From a virus (lineage: Duplodnaviria > Caudoviricetes), in IMG/VR virus record IMGVR_UViG_3300011437_000016, positions 1 to 39,474 of that record: a DNA stretch of 39,474 nt; one strand, 5' to 3'. Each line of letters opens with the position of its first letter. The first letter of the stretch is position 1. Shown here one piece after another: positions 34,295 through 39,474 of the stretch. Made by a program: the position numbers and the translations under genes. The notes below the pieces were generated by a model. The model was not told the origin of the DNA, made no database searches, and saw nothing but the letters and a program-made list of their open reading frames with translations.

Positions 34295-34486
34295 ATGGAA
34301 CTATCGGCCCTCATCTCGGCGGTCATAGGCTTAATCATCCTCGGTTTGGCCTTATGGTTGATTGAGCAGCACGTCCCGCTTTCTCCCCCCATTCGCGTCG
34401 TCATCCGCGTCGTCGTCGTCCTGTTCATCGTCCTGTGGCTGCTCAAAGCGTTTGGCCTCTGGAGCGGCCCGGTCTTCCGCAGATGA
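34295..34486 (+). CDS. small two-TM membrane protein (Thivi_2564-like, possible holin)
   Basis: LIILGLALWLIEQHVPLSPPIRVVIRVVVVLFIVLWLL with a basic C-terminus. Confidence 0.65.
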   Translation: MELSALISAVIGLIILGLALWLIEQHVPLSPPIRVVIRVVVVLFIVLWLLKAFGLWSGPVFRR

Positions 34487-34668
34487 TCGCCGCGCTCCTG
34501 CAACTCATCGGGTTTTGTCGCCATCGGGCGATGTGGCGTGAGCACCGCGAGGTCGAGGGCCGCCTTGTCGCCTGCTACATCTGCGACTGCGGCCACGTCC
34601 AGCCGATTGTGAAGCGGACGGCGGATGAGCACCTGAAAGCCTTTCCTGCGCGCCCTGGGCGGGTCTGA
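34483..34668 (+). CDS. small Zn-binding hypothetical protein
   Basis: FCRH...CYICDCGH. Coupled to the genes on both sides. Confidence 0.55.
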   Translation: MIAALLQLIGFCRHRAMWREHREVEGRLVACYICDCGHVQPIVKRTADEHLKAFPARPGRV

Positions 34669-36338
34669 TGGCCTACGTACGCTGTGACGTCGCGAGCAAT
34701 GGCCCGTACGAGTACCGGTTCACGGGCCAGTGGTTCCCGCGCTGCGACGTGAACCCCACGGGCAGTTGGGTGGCCGCCGACTGCGACGAGAGCGGGAGCC
34801 GGGTCTACGTGAAGACCTCGGCGGGGGAGCGCCACGACCTCGGGCCGCGCCACCCCGACAACCCAGTCTGTGTCCGCTGGGTGCCCGGGCGCAGCGTGTT
34901 CAAGGTCGCCTGGGTGGACAACACCCCCCAGGGGCGCTCCCTCGACATCGACGGCCATGGGTTTCGGATCCCCGGCAGTGAGGGGACGTTCGATGCGTCG
35001 GGCGCGGGTTCGCAAGGGATCCGCGACATGGACGAGCTGGGGACGATCTACTTCAAGGACGCGACCGACGCGCGTGACGTCGATGGGCTCACGCTGCTGC
35101 ATTGGCGCGAGCGGGATGATTTTATTGTCGGCGTGCTCGCGCACACCTGGATCGGGGTCAGCGTCTTCGACAAGTTCCACCACTCGTGGTATCGCGCGTT
35201 TCCGCACGACGTGCAGCTCCTGCCGGGAGTCGCCAACAACGGCACGGTGTCGGTGACCGGCGAGGGCGGCGGCTTCATCGAGATGACCGACTGGCTCAAG
35301 GTGCCGTTCGATCCGCACGCGGTCACGCTGCCGCCCGTGGACGCGGTGCCGCTGCTCCAGCGGCCCTTCGGCTGCGGCTGCTTCACGTTCAACGATGCCG
35401 CGTGGATCGGGAACCTCACGCTGCCGATCCGGCCCGTGGCCTCCGCCTTTCCCGAGGCGCTGGTGATCGCGAGCGGCGACTTCACGCCGTGCGCGGGCTG
35501 GTTTGAGAGCGTCGATCCCGAGACGGTGTGGGGCGTGTACGCGGGCGCGGCGGAAGGCTTTCCCATCGACCAGGCGGTCGCGCTCGGGCGCGAGGTGGCC
35601 GCGCCCTTCGCCCGGGGGCTGGTCATCTACCAGGACAGTTGGCCGCTCACGGCGGAAACGCTGTCGTATGTCGGGCCCGATGACCTCGCCCTCGTCCTGC
35701 TCATCCGCGAACCGCACGAACCGCGCGAGGCGTTCAAGGCCCGGGCGAGCCAGCTCCCGCCCGACGCGTGGGTGTCGCTCAACCTCAAGGACGATCCGGC
35801 CCTCGCGGTCGAGACGTTCATCGCGGCGGCCGAGGTGGCCCGCGACTTGAACTGGGCGGGGTGGTTCGTGTTCGCCTCCGGGCGCAGCGATGTCGCGTGG
35901 GACACGCTCACGCCGTATCTCGAGCGGTTTCTCTCGGGTATTACCGGCACGCCGCCCGCGCTGACGGTGACGCCCGTCGATCCGGTCGATCCCGTCGATC
36001 CGGTGGATCCGGTCGATCCCACGGACCCGGTCGATCCCACGGAGCCCACCTATCCGATCCCGGAGGACTTGATGAACCGCAACGTGGTGTACGTCGATAA
36101 CTGCTGGCACGAAGTCGAAGAAGTCCCGCATCCCGATGCCGGTCCCGAGCATGGGCCGGTCGTCGGCGTCGTGCGCGTCAAGGACTCGCTGATCTTGAAG
36201 ATCCGCAACGACGGGCGCGTGGAGTTTGAGCAGGGGAGTCCCGGCGCCGACGAGCGCTGCATCCCGGTGCCTGGGGGGTATGTGGGTCTGCGCGAGAAGA
36301 CCGCCGTCGTCAGGAGAGCGGGTCCGTGGACAGTCTAG
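34668..36338 (+). CDS. multi-domain hypothetical protein with a PVD-repeat linker
   Basis: 556 aa, TGATG-coupled, with (PVD)n separating a small C-terminal beta domain. Confidence 0.65.
   Translation: MAYVRCDVASNGPYEYRFTGQWFPRCDVNPTGSWVAADCDESGSRVYVKTSAGERHDLGPRHPDNPVCVRWVPGRSVFKVAWVDNTPQGRSLDIDGHGFRIPGSEGTFDASGAGSQGIRDMDELGTIYFKDATDARDVDGLTLLHWRERDDFIVGVLAHTWIGVSVFDKFHHSWYRAFPHDVQLLPGVANNGTVSVTGEGGGFIEMTDWLKVPFDPHAVTLPPVDAVPLLQRPFGCGCFTFNDAAWIGNLTLPIRPVASAFPEALVIASGDFTPCAGWFESVDPETVWGVYAGAAEGFPIDQAVALGREVAAPFARGLVIYQDSWPLTAETLSYVGPDDLALVLLIREPHEPREAFKARASQLPPDAWVSLNLKDDPALAVETFIAAAEVARDLNWAGWFVFASGRSDVAWDTLTPYLERFLSGITGTPPALTVTPVDPVDPVDPVDPVDPTDPVDPTEPTYPIPEDLMNRNVVYVDNCWHEVEEVPHPDAGPEHGPVVGVVRVKDSLILKIRNDGRVEFEQGSPGADERCIPVPGGYVGLREKTAVVRRAGPWTV
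35973..36050 (+). repeat. 9-bp coding tandem repeat (Pro-Val/Thr-Asp)n
   Basis: CCSGTSGAT units encode PVDPVDPVDPVDPVDPTDPVDPTEPT. Confidence 0.85.
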
Positions 36339-37585
36339 AACACGACTCCGCCCTCGGGTGGTGGTTGCAGTCTCAAGCTGGGGCGGCCGAAGCGATCCCA
36401 CGTCCCAAAGTCGTGCCGCTGACGCGCAAGGGCGTCGAGGTGGTGCGGCCAGACGGTTCGATCTGGAAGTATCGCGGCATCACCGCGTTTCGCCAGCCGG
36501 AACTCTACGCCCTGGGCGAGAAGGGTTGGCTCGAGGACTACTACGGCTGGGCGGCCGGCCTGGGCGCGAACACGCTGCGCGTTTTCCTGATGTGGCAGAA
36601 CACGAAATGGTGGCCGCACTCGCGTGCGAATTATTACGACCTCCTGTGGGATGCCTGCGAGCACGCGGAACGCGCGGGATTTTACGTCCACATGGTGGGC
36701 TTTTGCGATCAGGTCGAGAACTCCGACGTCCTCTTGAACCGCGCCGACCAAGACGAACACATGGAGCAGTGCATCGCGATCACGCGCTCCCGGGACAACG
36801 TCCTGCTTGAGATTGAAAACGAATCGTTCAAGAACGGGAACAACGCGCACGCCGACCGGTTTCCCTCGTCGATGTTCGACGGCATTCTCGCAATGCGCTC
36901 GACGTGGGCCGATGGCGAAGACCCGTCGCTGGGCGGGTGGTTGTCGCTTTCAACGAAACACATGGACCGTGGGACCGAGTGGACAAGAAAGCCGAAAGTG
37001 TGTCACGAGGTTCAATACGAGGGGCTCGGTACGTATCCACCGGCCCGCATTCCCTCATTGAGCGGCGAGCCCGAGCGCATCGGCAACGGGCAGGGCATGG
37101 TGACGACACCCAGGCAGCACGCCGATAACGCCGCCTGCACCGAGTTGATGGGCCTCGGCGGGTGTTTGCACGGTGGGTACTCCAGCTTCGACAGCGATCA
37201 CGACAGCGATCTGCAGAACTGTCGCGGTACCGGATCCGCGAATGCGATGGCGTGCGCCCAAGCGGTCGCCGATGTGTGGAAGTCGAACGTGTGGGATGTA
37301 CGCGTCGGCGGGGCGGAACATCTCGACAGAGGGTTCGAGGACAACAGCGGACCCTCCCCTGTGTTTCACGCGGATCGGTTCAACACGGATTCTCCGTGGA
37401 ATCAGCCAGAGACGGGCTGCTGCCGAACCTACTTCAAGCTCGTGGATGGCGTGTATTACGGATTGAGCGTAGACCCTGCGCCGCAGTGGCCTGGGTATCA
37501 GCCGCAGAACGGCTGGCGCATCGTCGCACGCGGGGGGTGGGACGGCGACGGACACGGAGGCAACATGATCCGGTGTGCCCAATGA
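36326..37585 (+). CDS. glycoside hydrolase, clan GH-A (GH5-like) TIM barrel
   Basis: LGANTLRVF, acid/base motif NVLLEIENE and candidate nucleophile SLSGEP. Confidence 0.6.
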   Translation: MDSLEHDSALGWWLQSQAGAAEAIPRPKVVPLTRKGVEVVRPDGSIWKYRGITAFRQPELYALGEKGWLEDYYGWAAGLGANTLRVFLMWQNTKWWPHSRANYYDLLWDACEHAERAGFYVHMVGFCDQVENSDVLLNRADQDEHMEQCIAITRSRDNVLLEIENESFKNGNNAHADRFPSSMFDGILAMRSTWADGEDPSLGGWLSLSTKHMDRGTEWTRKPKVCHEVQYEGLGTYPPARIPSLSGEPERIGNGQGMVTTPRQHADNAACTELMGLGGCLHGGYSSFDSDHDSDLQNCRGTGSANAMACAQAVADVWKSNVWDVRVGGAEHLDRGFEDNSGPSPVFHADRFNTDSPWNQPETGCCRTYFKLVDGVYYGLSVDPAPQWPGYQPQNGWRIVARGGWDGDGHGGNMIRCAQ

Positions 37586-37878
37586 GCGCGTTTATGTTTG
37601 TGCTCGGCATCTACGCGGCGACGGGCGCGACGGACATCCTGTCGAGTCACTACCTGCTGGGCCGGCCGGGATTTCACGAGGTCGGCTTCGCGCCGTTTCC
37701 CTCGCGGACGGCGAATGCCTCGGTCAAACTCGGGCTGGTCGGCGTGAGCGTGATCGGACTCTACCGCCTCCACGGTCGGTGGCCGAAGGCGGCGTGGGTG
37801 ATCGCCATCGTGGCGCTGGGGCTCGAGGCGATTGCCGTCGGGCGCAACATTCGGTTCACGAGACATGAACCACGGTGA
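37582..37878 (+). CDS. small multi-TM membrane protein
   Basis: Three hydrophobic segments and an ATGA overlap with the GH gene. Confidence 0.6.
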   Translation: MSAFMFVLGIYAATGATDILSSHYLLGRPGFHEVGFAPFPSRTANASVKLGLVGVSVIGLYRLHGRWPKAAWVIAIVALGLEAIAVGRNIRFTRHEPR

Positions 37879-37897
37879 ACGACGGGCGCAAGAAGTA

Positions 37898-37917
37898 ACG
37901 AGCGGTCGTTATATAGT
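37898..37917 (+). promoter_or_regulatory. operator ACGAGCGGTCGT plus -10 box TATAGT, likely leaderless
   Basis: 12-mer at 37898-37909, then 2 nt, TATAGT, 6 nt and the ATG at 37924, with no RBS. Confidence 0.75.
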
Positions 37918-37923
37918 AACGCC

Positions 37924-38709
37924 ATGAAACACGTCGTGATGTTCTCGGGCGGCGTCGGCAGTTGGGCGGCCGCTCGGCGCGTCGTGGACACGCATGGGCC
38001 CGACGACGTCACGCTGCTCTTCACCGACACGCTGATCGAAGACGAGGACTTGTACCGCTTCCTTGAGGACGCCGCGCGTGATCTCGGCGTCCCGGTGACA
38101 CGGATCGCGGAAGGGCGCACACCCTGGGAAGTGTTCTTCGATGAGCGGTTTCTCGGGAACAGCCGCATCGACCCGTGTTCCAAGATCCTGAAACGCGAAA
38201 TGGCCGCCCGCTGGCTCACCGCCCACTGTGACCCCGAGGACACGCGCGTCTACGTCGGCATCGACTGGACCGAATCGCATCGCTACACGCGGCTGGCGGC
38301 ACGGCACGCGGCCAACGGGTGGACGTACCTCGCGCCGCTCTGCGATCCGCCGCTCCAGATGAAGCAACAGTTCCTCGATGATCTGCGTGCGCGCGGCATC
38401 GCGCCGCCCAGGCTGTATCGCATGGGGTTCAGCCACAACAACTGCGGCGGCTTCTGCGTGAAGGGTGGACACGGCCACTTCGCGCTCTTGCTGCAGCATC
38501 TACCCGACCGCTACCGACTGCACGAGGCGAAAGAGCAGGAGCTGCGCGCGTATCTCGGCAAGGACGTCTCGATCCTGACCGACACGATTGGCGGCACCAA
38601 ACGCCCCCTGACGCTCCAGGCCTTTCGCGAACGCATCGAGGCGGGGTTTGAGTTCGACCGCTTCGACCTCGGCGGCTGCGGCTGCTTTGCCGGGGCAGAA
38701 ACGGTGTGA
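37924..38709 (+). CDS. phage PAPS-reductase-like (PP-loop) protein
   Basis: VVMFSGGVGS PP-loop, LFTDTLIEDEDLYRF, CSKILK, YRMGFSHNNCGGFCVKGG and C-terminal GGCGCF. Confidence 0.8.
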   Translation: MKHVVMFSGGVGSWAAARRVVDTHGPDDVTLLFTDTLIEDEDLYRFLEDAARDLGVPVTRIAEGRTPWEVFFDERFLGNSRIDPCSKILKREMAARWLTAHCDPEDTRVYVGIDWTESHRYTRLAARHAANGWTYLAPLCDPPLQMKQQFLDDLRARGIAPPRLYRMGFSHNNCGGFCVKGGHGHFALLLQHLPDRYRLHEAKEQELRAYLGKDVSILTDTIGGTKRPLTLQAFRERIEAGFEFDRFDLGGCGCFAGAETV

Positions 38710-38710
38710 G

Positions 38711-39055
38711 ATGGGCCGACGGGACACCGACATCGTGATGACGTCGAGCCCGTTCTCGGTGCGCGAGCGCCTGCTGCTCGATGAGATGAAGCGGATCCTC
38801 GGGATCCTGACCGACGCCAACCTCGTGCGGGCGGCGATGTTCTTCTACGCGCGGCATCTGGAACTCGACGGCCTCCAAGTGGACGACTTTGGCTTGCGCG
38901 ATCCCGGCCGCAGTCGCCGCACGCGTCGTCCAGGCGCACGCCTACGCAAGTCCAGCGCAAAAGCGCAGCCCCCACTCGATGCGCCAGATCGCGAGCCGCT
39001 GTATCCGGCGGGCGCGCAGGGCTTGTCCGAGCAGAAGACGCGCCGATCCGCCTGA
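38711..39055 (+). CDS. putative RHH-like transcription regulator
   Basis: TSSPFSVRERLLLDEMKRILG..TDANLVRAAM fits a strand-helix-helix pattern, with a basic tail. Confidence 0.45.
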   Translation: MGRRDTDIVMTSSPFSVRERLLLDEMKRILGILTDANLVRAAMFFYARHLELDGLQVDDFGLRDPGRSRRTRRPGARLRKSSAKAQPPLDAPDREPLYPAGAQGLSEQKTRRSA

Positions 39056-39074
39056 ACGAGCGGTCGTGTAAGAT
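39056..39074 (+). promoter_or_regulatory. operator ACGAGCGGTCGT plus -10 box TAAGAT
   Basis: 12-mer at 39056-39067 and TAAGAT at 39069-39074. Confidence 0.65.
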
Positions 39075-39095
39075 AGGCAGCAGTATGGAAACGCC

Positions 39096-39362
39096 ATGAC
39101 TGAAGTACGTGGGACGACGATTGTCTCGTGCATTGTCTGTCACCAGCCGTTCGACTTCGACCACATGGGCGTGCTGCTTAAGCAAGGCGGGCATGTTCAC
39201 TATCCGGCGTGCCTCGAAAAGTGGGAAGCCTCACAACGACTTGGACGGCTCGCGGAGATCGCCACAGTGATCGCGTCGGTGGACGGCCCGCCGCGCACCG
39301 ACCGTGAAGCGGACCTGTACCGCAAGTTCGATCAGATCGCGCGGATCCTAAAGGGCGCGTGA
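39096..39362 (+). CDS. small Zn-finger hypothetical protein
   Basis: CIVC...HVHYPAC, downstream of the operator/promoter. Confidence 0.6.
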   Translation: MTEVRGTTIVSCIVCHQPFDFDHMGVLLKQGGHVHYPACLEKWEASQRLGRLAEIATVIASVDGPPRTDREADLYRKFDQIARILKGA

Positions 39363-39425
39363 AATGCTTACCACATACGCACTGAATGCTTACCAAGCAC
39401 GCATAATGCCAGCACTAGGCACGCA
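39363..39425. repeat. 22-bp-period direct repeats next to an AT-rich tract
   Basis: AATGCTTACCA at 39363 and 39385; ACGCA at 39377, 39399 and 39421; followed by AGAAAAATAGTAAATAAT. Confidence 0.7.
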
Positions 39426-39474
39426 AGAAAAATAGTAAATAATCCTTGACAATACACCGCACCCAGGCTAGAGA

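Larger units (their letters stand above)
1..39474. mobile_element. temperate podovirus-like phage, probable phage-plasmid
   Basis: Full head/tail/packaging set plus parA-partner and parDE. No integrase or host housekeeping genes are seen. Confidence 0.8.

Noticed and set aside
35973-36050. Tandem repeats as a possible CRISPR array
   Set aside because: These are 9-bp units without spacers, in frame within a CDS. No cas genes or repeat-spacer pattern were seen anywhere.
34575-36401. 608-aa minus-strand ORF with RIDG repeats
   Set aside because: It is the mirror frame of the coupled 34668-36338 gene, and the repeats are the reverse complement of the PVD linker.

Overview
This GC-rich 39.5 kb window looks like a near-complete or complete genome of a temperate, podovirus-like dsDNA phage, probably kept as a plasmid. 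It has ParA plus a small partner and a ParDE toxin-antitoxin pair, but no recognisable integrase, polymerase, helicase or tape-measure gene. A long minus-strand morphogenesis region (~31.5 kb to 3.7 kb) carries terminase, portal, tail/receptor-binding proteins, scaffold, major capsid, decoration, adaptor, tail hub, ejection proteins and a GNAT. Plus-strand blocks of small early genes lie at 0.8-3.7 kb, and a membrane/glycoside-hydrolase/PAPS-reductase block lies at 34.3-39.4 kb. The most notable observations are: (1) the large terminase is split into two genes, and the separate nuclease-domain gene lacks all three expected catalytic acidic residues; (2) a solo TnpB lacks the RuvC-II glutamate but retains an ISDra2-like omega-RNA 3' end, making it a candidate RNA-guided regulator; (3) a 12-bp quasi-palindrome recurs exactly five times at promoters, two of them apparently leaderless; (4) there are several large structured intergenic elements; and (5) a sigma70 promoter forms only if the two window ends are joined. 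All calls come from reading motifs by eye; no database searches were run.
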